Made by a program: the position numbers and the translations under genes. The notes beneath the pieces were generated by a model that saw only the letters and a program-made list of their open reading frames with translations, made no database searches and was not told the DNA's origin. 64,000 bases of DNA from contig CBFGUR010000009.1 of the NCBI GenBank assembly GCA_965652275.1, forward strand, positions 24,940 to 88,939, written 5' to 3'. Below, one piece after another: positions 55,477 to 64,000 of the stretch (position 1 is its first letter; each line of letters opens with the position of its first letter). The DNA comes from an uncultured Polyangiaceae bacterium (GTDB lineage: Bacteria; Myxococcota_A; Polyangia; Polyangiales; Polyangiaceae).

Positions 55477-56971
55477 GATACTCGTCGTACCTTTTCATGA
55501 GCGCGCTATAGATCCAGTTTCCGATGCGGATGGCACCGACGCCCGTGGGATGTGTCATGTCGGCTTGCCCAAGGCCCCGTCGCACCCATGAGGGCATCGA
55601 ACCCCAACCGCCCATCGCCTCGTATGTGTCGAAGTATGCGCATCCGAGCTGTCTCGCTGCCTTTTCCTGCTCTGCGACGATCAGCTGAATGATCTTCATA
55701 CTGCTCGTCACGCCGTCACGATGCCGAGCCCTGTCCATCGCGCCGATGATCAAGCAGGACGACTCCGGGAGAGCACGTTGTCCCTGTTCGATCACGGCCT
55801 TCATCGTTCTCAGGTATTCGTCCATGGGATAGGCGTAGCCGTCGCCGCTTTCATTGGCTCCGAACTGATACACTACCAGGTTCGGATTGCGCCACTCGAG
55901 CTCCGCAGCGAAATGGTCGTCATCCTGCTTGTCGAGGAACCGAATGCGCGCACCCTGGACGCCGAGTGCGTCGAGAACGACGCCAGGTACTTGCCGCTCG
56001 AGCACGACGCCGAAGGTTCGGCTCTCACCCTTCTTCATCCGAAGCTCGAATCGATGGGGGCCGTCTGGGACCTCGATGACGTGCCGACGAACTTCTTTCT
56101 CCGGTGCTGCCGTGTCAACAGTGGAGTGGACCTCGTCGTCCACACGGACTTCGAACTCTCCGCCATGGGGGCGTGCCAAATAGGAAAGCTCGAAGCGCGA
56201 AACCTTCGTTCCAAATTCCCCCTCTTCCGCCGTTCCGAACTGCGCAATAACCCCAGAGCTCGCTCGAAAGGTAACTCCCCCGAGTCCGTACAGCCCGTCC
56301 TGGGTCGTCGGTCCGACGATCCGGCTGACCCGAAATCCCTTGGTCGCGAACCGGAAGACGTCGTTGTGGAAATACGCAGGCCACGCGTTGGCGATCAGCA
56401 TGTAGCCGTGTCCTGCGTCGCCGAAGGTTTCTTGTAGCTTGCGCCTCAGGGTTCCCGAGATGTAATCGCTCACGACGATGGAGTCGCCGAAGTGTGCGAT
56501 TCTCGTGATCGCTCCCTCCTCGTCTCGTTGCGTGCGAGCGAGGGATGCGAAGAAGGCATCGAGGGAATGGCCGGTGGGATCCAGGATATCGACGGGAGGG
56601 GCTTCGGCCGCGATGGCCGGCAAATCCAGTGGAGCCTCCTTTCCTCCGATGGGCCCCCGGGCGTCCGTGAGTTCTGCCGAACGCGGGGTTGCCATCCCCG
56701 GCAGGCTTCGAGATTCACTCGAGAGCTCTGCCTCACCCACGGAGAGATCGGGGGCTGCGTCCGCAGCGATGGGAGCTGGTCCGCCCTGACTTGGCGGGAT
56801 GGAATAGAATCTGGCGTCCTCGAGGAACGGGGCGAGTTCGAAGAGAAGCCCTAGGGCCGATACCAGGATTACAGCCAGTACGGGACCGGACAAGAAGACA
56901 CGCCCCAACGTGGGATCCTCGACGGAATCCGCAGGAGGCGATTCGATCTGGGTTGCCTGGCGACGACTCAT
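55451..56971 (-). CDS. SGNH/GDSL-family hydrolase, N-terminally membrane-anchored (paralog of 54043..55476)
   Basis: The TM segment is VFLSGPVLAVILVSALGLLF. Block I is IAHFGDSIVVSDY, block III is VVYQFGANES, and block V is ADMTHPT (DxxH). The inserted-domain layout matches its paralog. Its start overlaps the FHA gene stop (ATGA). Confidence 0.75.
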   Translation of the reverse strand: MSRRQATQIESPPADSVEDPTLGRVFLSGPVLAVILVSALGLLFELAPFLEDARFYSIPPSQGGPAPIAADAAPDLSVGEAELSSESRSLPGMATPRSAELTDARGPIGGKEAPLDLPAIAAEAPPVDILDPTGHSLDAFFASLARTQRDEEGAITRIAHFGDSIVVSDYISGTLRRKLQETFGDAGHGYMLIANAWPAYFHNDVFRFATKGFRVSRIVGPTTQDGLYGLGGVTFRASSGVIAQFGTAEEGEFGTKVSRFELSYLARPHGGEFEVRVDDEVHSTVDTAAPEKEVRRHVIEVPDGPHRFELRMKKGESRTFGVVLERQVPGVVLDALGVQGARIRFLDKQDDDHFAAELEWRNPNLVVYQFGANESGDGYAYPMDEYLRTMKAVIEQGQRALPESSCLIIGAMDRARHRDGVTSSMKIIQLIVAEQEKAARQLGCAYFDTYEAMGGWGSMPSWVRRGLGQADMTHPTGVGAIRIGNWIYSALMKRYDEYLKARSAAP

Positions 56972-58155
56972 GGGGAGCTCGATGCCGCGGTGTCGACTTC
57001 TCCGCTCTCCTCGAGTGCAGACAGATCGATCGCGCCTTCGTCGAGCTCGATGAGCTTCTTGGATGCGCGCTCACGGATCTTGTCGGAGAGGGTTTCACGT
57101 CGAGCCACCATGTCGAGGAGCCTTCTGTATTGCTCGTCTCCTTGGGCTCGGGGGTTCGTCTTCAGAATGCTCTCGGCCCACCGTACTTCGAGGGACTCAT
57201 ACGCCGCGAGTGCCCGCTCCGCGGCGCCCAGCTTTTCGAACTCCGTCCCGGCTCCCAGCAGATCGCCCCTCTGGATGAACCTGGCGACCGTGTTGAGCTC
57301 CTTGGGGACCCCGAGAGAGTCTTCCTCCGCAGGATGATTGGCAAACGTCAGGACGATTGCCGTCATCGCTATTGCGCCGACACCCGCCGCGAGTAGCGCA
57401 GGGAGAAGCGAACTCTTGGGCTTTTCTTTGGCTGGTGGTGGGAACGAGGAGCCCGCCAGGGCGGCGATCCGTGCCCCCTCTGCGGCATCGGCATGGAACA
57501 CCTGACCCTCGGGAATGTATTTGAGCACGACGTCACCGAGCTCCAGTACGTCACGGCTATCCAAGATGGCTCGGTTGAGAGCATGGCCGTTGACGCGCAG
57601 GCCGTTGGCGCTGCCCTTGTCGATTACCTCGAAGCTGCCGTCACCGATGCGACGGATCTCGGCGTGGATTCGGCTCACGCTCCCGTGATCGATGGGGAAC
57701 TCGCACTCTGCCCCACGTCCGATGAGGAACCGCTCTCCTTCGAGCGGGTACTCGGCCCCTTGGTTGGGTCCGATCAATTCGACCAGGCGATGAGGTAAAC
57801 GGCCACTCGCGGGGCGGGCGGATTCGCCAGCCATCAACCGATAGCCTTGCTCCTGCGTGTCGATCGCTTCATCCACGACCTGGATCCGATAGTCGCCCAC
57901 TTGGATGACGTCCCCATGGGCAAGCTCCTGGGAGCCGATGACACGCACCCCGTTCACGAACAATCCGTTGTAACTCGAATTGTCCTCCACTCGGAACCCG
58001 CCCTTCGACTGGCGGATGACGGCGTGCTTGCGCGAGATGTTGCGCTCTGTAAGGCGCACGGCGTTCCCTTCAGCGCGGCCGAGAGAGTATTCTTCGCGCA
58101 CCAGGTTGACGACCGTCTTCTGGTCCTCGTCGTCCGCGATGACTAATTTCCACAT
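56968..58155 (-). CDS. Double-FHA-domain membrane protein
   Basis: Two FHA domains are present (YSLGRAEGNAVRLTERNISRKHAVI...NGLFVNG and FLIGRGAECEFPIDHGSVSRIHAEI...NGLRVNG). They are followed by a TM segment (LLPALLAAGVGAIAMTAIVL) and a ~110-aa helical C-terminal region. Confidence 0.85.
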   Translation of the reverse strand: MWKLVIADDEDQKTVVNLVREEYSLGRAEGNAVRLTERNISRKHAVIRQSKGGFRVEDNSSYNGLFVNGVRVIGSQELAHGDVIQVGDYRIQVVDEAIDTQEQGYRLMAGESARPASGRLPHRLVELIGPNQGAEYPLEGERFLIGRGAECEFPIDHGSVSRIHAEIRRIGDGSFEVIDKGSANGLRVNGHALNRAILDSRDVLELGDVVLKYIPEGQVFHADAAEGARIAALAGSSFPPPAKEKPKSSLLPALLAAGVGAIAMTAIVLTFANHPAEEDSLGVPKELNTVARFIQRGDLLGAGTEFEKLGAAERALAAYESLEVRWAESILKTNPRAQGDEQYRRLLDMVARRETLSDKIRERASKKLIELDEGAIDLSALEESGEVDTAASSSP

Positions 58156-58263
58156 GATTCAGTCGGGGGAGCATCCGGGGCGGGTGTGCTTCGCTCGTTC
58201 TGAAGGGCCCCTCGGGGTCCCGAACCCGGGAACGCCAGTTGGTACCTGATACCGGGTCGTTCG

Positions 58264-59379
58264 TCAGCAGGTCCAAAGAAAGTCGTGAATTTTCGGCCTT
58301 ACGACTCGGATGCTCGGATTGTCGCGAGTCGGGTGCACACGGTTGGTGAGCAAGGCAGTCACGCGCTGCCGGTCCGGGTCACACCAAAAGCTCGTTCCGG
58401 TGAAACCTAGGTGCCCAAAGGTTTCGTCGCCCGCGCTACTTCCAGCCATACTGTTCCTACCCGACACCCCGTCGAACCCCAACCTCAGCGTTCCACCCGG
58501 ACGTCTCCTCAGCAGAACATCTAGCATTCGTTCCTCTTGTTGGGTCGTCCGACCAGCATGTGCGTCGAGCAGTCGCGCTCCAAACGAAAGAACGTCGCGA
58601 ACGGTACCGAAAAGACCGGCGTGCCCGCAGAGTCCCATGCCGCACAGTGCCCAGGCGTTGTCGTCATGTACCTGACCACGGAGAAGCCCACCCCGCGCGG
58701 GCTGCACCTCCGTGGGGGCCACCAGTCTCATGAAATCGCGCCCGTGACGGTTTCTCAGCGCGCGCGCCGAACCGGAGCCGAGGTTCCAAGGAGTCGTGAG
58801 GAGATCGCTCATCGCGGCGTCTAGCGGCCGACCGAGCAGCCGCGAGACTCCGAATCCAACCAAGATGTAGCCGAGGTCGCTGTATATCGGATGAGGTGCG
58901 CTGATTTTCGCCTTTGCTCGCGCTGCCCGCAGGAGACAACGCTCGATGTCGATCGTCGCGCCTTGCCAGGAGTCGGCAAACAGTTCGACGTGAGCAACCA
59001 AGCCCGAGCGATGGGACAACAGCGACTCGATGGATTGGTGTCCGCCATACGTCGACGCAACTTCCGGGAGCATTTCCTGAAGTGGTGTCGCCCAGCTCAG
59101 CCTGCGCGTTTCTACGAGGCCAGCCACCAAAGTGGCGAAGTGAGACTTCGTGACTGACGCCAGATCGAAAAAGTGCTCCTCGTCATCGTCCCCGGACGTG
59201 CCCCAGCGCATCTCCCAAGTGTTTCCTACTCGCTGTGCCACGCCTGCTTCGAGAAGTGGGATCGTCGAGGTTTCCTTCTGGACCACACGCAAGAAGGCGG
59301 CGATCGAGTCGTCTTTGCGAGGGGACGATGTCGTACCTTCGCCCCCATCCTGACCAGAATCCACTACGCCCATCGACAT
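58264..59379 (-). CDS. Serine hydrolase, beta-lactamase (class C/PBP4*-like) family
   Basis: The S-x-x-K motif is LASVTKSHF, with IYSDLGY downstream and a C-terminal HLGFTGTSFW. Confidence 0.85.
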   Translation of the reverse strand: MSMGVVDSGQDGGEGTTSSPRKDDSIAAFLRVVQKETSTIPLLEAGVAQRVGNTWEMRWGTSGDDDEEHFFDLASVTKSHFATLVAGLVETRRLSWATPLQEMLPEVASTYGGHQSIESLLSHRSGLVAHVELFADSWQGATIDIERCLLRAARAKAKISAPHPIYSDLGYILVGFGVSRLLGRPLDAAMSDLLTTPWNLGSGSARALRNRHGRDFMRLVAPTEVQPARGGLLRGQVHDDNAWALCGMGLCGHAGLFGTVRDVLSFGARLLDAHAGRTTQQEERMLDVLLRRRPGGTLRLGFDGVSGRNSMAGSSAGDETFGHLGFTGTSFWCDPDRQRVTALLTNRVHPTRDNPSIRVVRPKIHDFLWTC

Positions 59380-59444
59380 GCTCTCTGAAATAGCAGCGTT
59401 TTTTGACCACGAGCAAGACAGGCGAGTATGCTAACCCCGCGACA

Positions 59445-60662
59445 ATGCCTGAATTTGCGTGGGAAGCGAGGAGCCGGTCCGGAGAAACCCGAAAAGGCTC
59501 GATGGAGGCCGAGAACGAGGCCGCCGTTCAACAGAAGCTGTCCCAGCTTCAGCTTTCGCCGGTGAAGATTCGGCGCAAGTCCAAGCTCGAAACGATGAAG
59601 TTTGGGGCAGGGGGCTCGGTGAAGATCAAGGAGATGGTGACCTTCACTCGTCTCTTTTCGACGATGATCAACGCAGGTCTCCCCATCGTTCGCTGCCTCG
59701 ACATTCTCGCAGGGCAACAATCCAATGCTTACTTCAGAGGTGTGTTGGAGGACGTGAAGAGTCAGGTAGAGAACGGCTCCACGTTCAGCGATTCGCTCCG
59801 GCGGCATCCGGCCGTCTTCGACGACCTATTCGTGAACCTGGTCAACGCCGGTGAGGTGGGTGGTATCCTCGACTCCATCATGGGGCGACTTTCGGTGTAC
59901 ATCGAAAAGCGCGCGAAGCTCGTGGGTCAGGTGAAGGGCGCGCTGACGTATCCGGTGATCGTCATATTCATCGCAATTGGTGTGATGATCGTCCTCATGA
60001 CGTTCGTGATTCCGGCCTTCGAAAACATGTTCAAGAACTTCGGTGGAGGGCGCGAATCCTTGCCGTGGATCACTCGCGTGATGCTCGACATCTCCGAAGG
60101 ATTCATCACCTGGTCTTGGCTGTTCGCCTTGATTGCCGTCGTGCTCTCGTTTGCTTGGATCCAATTCTACAGGAATCCCAAGGGCAAACGCTGGGTTCAC
60201 AAGCTGCTGCTCACGTTGCCCATCCTGGGCAACGTGATGGAGAAAGTATCTGTATCGCGTTTTACTCGAACACTTGGCACTCTCTTGCAGTCGGGCGTCC
60301 CCATCCTTGATGCACTGCAGATATGTTCACGCACGGCGGGCAACGTGATCATCCAGGAGGGGATCATGGAGGTGCGCCAGTCGGTGAGCGAAGGCCAGAA
60401 CATGGTCGAGCCACTCATGCGAACCGGGGTTTTTCCGGAGATGGTCGTGCAAATGATCTCGGTCGGCGAGCAAACCGGAGCCCTAGACCAGATGCTCAAC
60501 AAGATCGCGGACTTCTACGAGGAGGAGACCGACGTGGCGGTAGCAGCGCTCACGAGCTCACTGGAGCCCATCTTGATGGTCGGTGTCGGCGGGATGGTGG
60601 GGACCGTGCTCGTCGCGATGTATCTTCCGATTTTCTCTCTCGCCGGCAACATCAAGGCGTAA
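59445..60662 (+). CDS. pilC: Type IV pilus assembly platform protein PilC (T2SS F family)
   Basis: There are two T2SSF repeats with GEQTGALDQMLNKIADFYEEE and three TM regions. The ATG at 59445 gives MPEFAWEARSRSGETRKGSMEAENE, typical of PilC N-termini. Confidence 0.9.
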   Translation: MPEFAWEARSRSGETRKGSMEAENEAAVQQKLSQLQLSPVKIRRKSKLETMKFGAGGSVKIKEMVTFTRLFSTMINAGLPIVRCLDILAGQQSNAYFRGVLEDVKSQVENGSTFSDSLRRHPAVFDDLFVNLVNAGEVGGILDSIMGRLSVYIEKRAKLVGQVKGALTYPVIVIFIAIGVMIVLMTFVIPAFENMFKNFGGGRESLPWITRVMLDISEGFITWSWLFALIAVVLSFAWIQFYRNPKGKRWVHKLLLTLPILGNVMEKVSVSRFTRTLGTLLQSGVPILDALQICSRTAGNVIIQEGIMEVRQSVSEGQNMVEPLMRTGVFPEMVVQMISVGEQTGALDQMLNKIADFYEEETDVAVAALTSSLEPILMVGVGGMVGTVLVAMYLPIFSLAGNIKA

Positions 60663-60677
60663 ACCGGGGGGGCGGGC

Positions 60678-62045
60678 ATGAGTGTGTCCACATTTCCGCC
60701 AGCGCGTCGGAGCGTAGCCCCGACCCCGAGCATCTTTCCCCGCTTCACGGGGCCCATCGATCGCACTGGCATCGAGTTTGGGGCGCGGCTGGCTCACTTC
60801 TCGGTCGCGCGCGCCGTGGTGTTCACCGCGGTGGTTGCCTTGGTGCTCGTGATACTCGCGAAAACGTCAGGCGAACTCCGCGTGTCGTACTCGTCTCGAC
60901 TCGTGCTCGGCGCGCTTGCGGCGGCGTACATTTCATCGGTCGTGCAGTGGTGGGCCGGTCGCCGTCGTCGTGCGATGTACATGACCGCGCTCACCCTGAT
61001 CGTGGTCGACCAGCTTCTCTTCTCGCTCATCGCCTATGTCACGGGCGGGGTCGCGAGCGGCGCGACGTCGCTCCTAGGGGTTGCGTGTCTGGTTGGTGGG
61101 CTGCTCCTCGGCGTATCGGGTGCAATCGTCGCCGGCGTCGCGGGCGCCATTTTTTTCAGCCTGTTGATCCTGGTCACCCAAGGAGGCGACGCACTTCTTC
61201 CTCCAGATCAGCCCCGCCAACTCTACCGACTCGCAGAAGGGCAGGCCGTCTATTATTACGTGTTCAACCTGCTCATGCTTCTCCTGGTGGGGCTCATGGC
61301 GAGCTATCTGGCCGAACGGCTCGAGCGAGCAGGGGGTGAGGTCAAACAGGCTGAGCGACGTGCTGACCATGCCGAGCGCATGGCAGCCCTAGGACGTCTT
61401 GCTGCCGGCTTGGCACACGAAATCCGGAACCCTCTTGGGTCGATCTCGGGTTCCGTGCAGCTCTTGAGGTCGTGTGCCGAGCGTGACGAAGATCGCGAGC
61501 TATGTGACATCGTTCTCCGAGAGGCGGCCCGTCTGAACGAACTCGTCACGGATATGGTGGACCTCTCGAAGCCACGCCCGCCGGTGAAGGCGCGGGTCGA
61601 CGTCGGTCACATCCTGCGAGACATCGTAGAACTCGCAAAGAGTTCGGGGCGTGGGGCAGGAGACGTCGAGCTCGTGCGAAGCGGTCCGGACACTGCGTGG
61701 ATCGACGCGGATTCAGGCATGATGAGGCAGCTCGTCTGGAATCTCGTACGCAACGCACTTCAGGCGACCGGGTCGGGTGGGCAAGTGCGCGTGCGGCTCG
61801 AGGTTGACCGGACAGCGCGACTTTCCGTCGAGGATGACGGCGTGGGAATCGATTCCGAGGCGATGGAACGACTCTTTGACGCCTTCTTCACCACCAGGAG
61901 CAAGGGCACTGGGCTCGGTCTCGCCGTGGTCAAGCGGATCGCTGACGAGCACGATTTCACCATTACTGTAAGCAGCGATCCGGGAGATGGCACCCGTTTT
62001 ACCGTCGATTTCGGGCCTGCCCGGCAAGCGCCGACGGTTGCATAG
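60678..62045 (+). CDS. PilS-like sensor histidine kinase (polytopic membrane N-terminus)
   Basis: About six hydrophobic segments come first. The H box is LAHEIRNPLGSISG, the N box is LVRNALQA, G1 is VEDDGVGI and G2 is KGTGLGLAVV. It lies 15 nt downstream of pilC, as pilS does in the M. xanthus pil locus. Confidence 0.8.
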   Translation: MSVSTFPPARRSVAPTPSIFPRFTGPIDRTGIEFGARLAHFSVARAVVFTAVVALVLVILAKTSGELRVSYSSRLVLGALAAAYISSVVQWWAGRRRRAMYMTALTLIVVDQLLFSLIAYVTGGVASGATSLLGVACLVGGLLLGVSGAIVAGVAGAIFFSLLILVTQGGDALLPPDQPRQLYRLAEGQAVYYYVFNLLMLLLVGLMASYLAERLERAGGEVKQAERRADHAERMAALGRLAAGLAHEIRNPLGSISGSVQLLRSCAERDEDRELCDIVLREAARLNELVTDMVDLSKPRPPVKARVDVGHILRDIVELAKSSGRGAGDVELVRSGPDTAWIDADSGMMRQLVWNLVRNALQATGSGGQVRVRLEVDRTARLSVEDDGVGIDSEAMERLFDAFFTTRSKGTGLGLAVVKRIADEHDFTITVSSDPGDGTRFTVDFGPARQAPTVA

Positions 62046-62137
62046 CGCTAAGAACCGGGGGAATCTCTGCCCGTCCTCAGCGTATGACAAGTAGCGCCGC
62101 CGGTTTTGGGCGGCTTTTGACTCATTTCACAGATACG

Positions 62138-62731
62138 ATGAACCACACACGCCGATTTGCTCTTCTTTTCGTCCTCGTTTCCCTTCTGCTGGGCTCGGTC
62201 GCCCATGCCGGTGCTGCCCAGAGTTATCTCGAAAGTAAGCAAAAAGAGCTCACCAGCCTGATCAAGAAGCCGAAATCGAGCAGCAATGACGAGCAGCTCA
62301 AAGTGACTTTCGACGCGCTGCTCGACTATTCCGCCTTTGCCAAGGACTCGCTGGGGACCCAGTGGAACGAGATGAACGAGAAGGAGCGCACTGAATTCTC
62401 CTCTCTCCTGAAGACTCTCGTTCAACGCTCGTACACGAAGAACCTCCGCAACACCCTGGACTACGACATCGTCTTCAAGGGCGAAACGAAAGCGGCCAAG
62501 GGAGAGCTGGTGCAGACGGTGGCGAAGCACAAGACCGACCCCCGGAAAGAAACCATCAGTATTGATTACCTCGTGCATCAGGTGGACGGAAAATGGCGCG
62601 TGTACGACATCATCACGGAGGGCGAGAGTCTCGTGAAGAACTACAAGAGTCAGTTCCGCCGAGTCATCAAGAAAGATGGGTTTTCGGGCCTTCTCGACCG
62701 CATGAGAAAGAAGGTCGCCGAAGAGGAATGA
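62138..62731 (+). CDS. MlaC/Ttg2D-family (toluene-tolerance) periplasmic lipid-binding protein
   Basis: The ATG at 62138 gives MNHTRRFALLFVLVSLLLGSVAHA, a signal peptide. LLDYSAFAKDSLGTQWNEMNEKERTEFSSLLKTLVQRSY...WRVYDIITEGESLVKNYKSQF follows the MlaC pattern. Confidence 0.75.
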   Translation: MNHTRRFALLFVLVSLLLGSVAHAGAAQSYLESKQKELTSLIKKPKSSSNDEQLKVTFDALLDYSAFAKDSLGTQWNEMNEKERTEFSSLLKTLVQRSYTKNLRNTLDYDIVFKGETKAAKGELVQTVAKHKTDPRKETISIDYLVHQVDGKWRVYDIITEGESLVKNYKSQFRRVIKKDGFSGLLDRMRKKVAEEE

Positions 62732-62806
62732 TTGCGGTCGCCGCGTGCGGGCGTCTTTTTCTAGGGGGCTCTAACCAGGAGGCTCGACTGCTGATAGTAT
62801 GAGCAG

Positions 62807-64000
62807 ATGAGCCCTTCGGGGAAAGCTCGGTCTAGTTCGGGAGCGGGGGACGCGGCGTCCCTCGCTTCACGGCATTTGGAGACCGGATCGAAGGCTGCGT
62901 CCCTGCCCCTCCGACTGAGCGTGGCTCAGGGCGGCCTCGGTCTGGAGCTGAGCGCGGGGGTCGCATTCGGAGCGATGCACGTCGACGAGCTCGAGGTTGA
63001 GCTCCCTGGTTTGAACTACCCCATCGATCTGTCCCGCGGGGTCAAGCACTTCCGCAATCGTCGGAGCGTGCTCCGCCACGCATCCCTTCGGGTCGATAGC
63101 GCAGCTTTGGCCAAGCTCTGGGCGGAGTCTCTTGCCGAAATGTGGGGCTCCGGCGTCCGAGTGCGATTGCGTCCCTTCTATGAAGAGGCCCAACTAGCGT
63201 CGGACGCCAGAGCTGAAGTGCGCGAAAACGACGGCGTCGCGGGAATTCCTTCGCTCGCCGTTACGATCCACCGGAGAGACGAGGTGCTCGCCTTCGACTT
63301 GGTGGTGCTTTCCGGGACTTCTCCGAGAATCGCCATCGACAGTCCGCGAGCTCTGGGCAGGAACGAGCCTCCACTTCTTCTGGCCATCCAAGCCGTCGAT
63401 GCGGGGCTACGCGCCGCAGCGGGTGGCGCAACCCCCGAGGGTGGTCTCAGTGTCTCTCGTAGGGGAAGGGCCGTCCTCCTCGGGGGCCTGGCCGAGACGG
63501 TCGCACTGTCGGTTCTTCCCGCGCTCGGGTGCCGCTTGCCACGGGTGGATGAGCAGGTGATCTCTGCAGTGAAGTACGACGCCGGGGAGATCCGCCTCGT
63601 GATCGGAAAAAAGGGCGAACCCCTATCGGCGGGCCGCAGGGCGCTTTGGGTCGCGGCAACTTCTGATTTCCTCCGGGTTCCTGATGAGACTTTGAGTGTC
63701 GGAGACTTGGGCGGCGCTCGACAAGCCTATCTGGAGTTGCTCGAAAGAGCGCCGGGGCACCTCGAAGCTCTTCAGACCCTTGCCGAGCTCGATCTTGCGG
63801 TCGGGTCCCGCGGGGAATCAGCGCTTTCTTTTCTGCAGGAGCTCGAGGGGACGCTCGGGGGGCGGCTGGCACCCTTGTCCCTTGCGAGGCATAGGCTCGC
63901 GCTGGCACGAGCTCTCGAGGTGACGGGACGTCGTGGGCTCGTGGTCGAAACGCTTTGTGCGGCACTATCGCACGAGAACGACGCCGTCCTCCAGGCCCTT
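62807..64000 (+). CDS. Hypothetical protein, TPR-like towards C-terminus (3' partial; open to window end)
   Basis: My own translation from ATG 62807 gives 398 codons with no stop before the window edge (MSPSGKARSSSGAGD...LELLERAPGHLEALQTLAELDLAVG...). It is not in the supplied ORF track, presumably because it has no in-window stop. The antisense ORFs listed here (62867..63193, 63447..63965) look like shadows. The start codon is uncertain. Confidence 0.6.
   Translation, partial: MSPSGKARSSSGAGDAASLASRHLETGSKAASLPLRLSVAQGGLGLELSAGVAFGAMHVDELEVELPGLNYPIDLSRGVKHFRNRRSVLRHASLRVDSAALAKLWAESLAEMWGSGVRVRLRPFYEEAQLASDARAEVRENDGVAGIPSLAVTIHRRDEVLAFDLVVLSGTSPRIAIDSPRALGRNEPPLLLAIQAVDAGLRAAAGGATPEGGLSVSRRGRAVLLGGLAETVALSVLPALGCRLPRVDEQVISAVKYDAGEIRLVIGKKGEPLSAGRRALWVAATSDFLRVPDETLSVGDLGGARQAYLELLERAPGHLEALQTLAELDLAVGSRGESALSFLQELEGTLGGRLAPLSLARHRLALARALEVTGRRGLVVETLCAALSHENDAVLQAL

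Noticed and set aside
60323-61339. 338-aa Arg/Gly-rich plus-strand ORF spanning the pilC/pilS junction
   Set aside because: It is an out-of-frame overlap with two genes that have clear family signatures. The extreme Arg/Gly/Pro bias is typical of the wrong frame in GC-rich DNA.
62739-62760. Terminator after the MlaC-like gene
   Set aside because: A T-run (TCTTTTT) is present. The preceding GC-rich segment only forms a 4-5 bp interrupted stem, which is too weak to report as a feature.

Overview
High-GC, very densely coding segment with genes on both strands. It looks like core chromosome of a Myxococcota (deltaproteobacterial-type) organism. The lineage guess is inference from gene content: a long basic N-terminus on RpoD, pilC-pilS adjacency, an MJ0042-type zinc ribbon, an AgmX/PglI-like domain, FHA proteins and several giant TPR proteins.

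I can support about 45 CDS. I saw no rRNA, tRNA, CRISPR array, transposase, integrase or phage genes.

**Recognisable housekeeping genes**
- GH1 beta-glucosidase (5' partial), ggt, moaB, rpsU
- rpoD-dnaG, atpD-atpC, rsmA (ksgA)
- mutS, hrpB-polA, ihfA plus a MerR regulator, ssb
- pilC plus a PilS-like kinase, and an MlaC-like protein

**Poorly understood blocks**
1. A translationally coupled pair of giant collinear TPR-like paralogs (1622 and 1612 aa). Opposite them sits a divergent protein built as Zn-ribbon / acidic-repeat / TM / TPR.
2. A DUF4350-MoxR ... DUF58 module split by an Omp85-family gene on the opposite strand.
3. Two translationally coupled large beta-propeller-like lipoproteins, preceded by a candidate 60-aa ORF.
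4. A double-FHA membrane protein coupled to one of two convergent paralogous SGNH hydrolases.

A further TPR-like ORF (62807..64000, +) is missing from the supplied ORF track because it runs off the window end.

I cannot show that any of these is a new system. They are the best candidates, and all functional ideas about them are hypotheses. Start codons were chosen by eye, using signal peptides, conserved N-termini and SD-like motifs, so they are less certain than stop codons.
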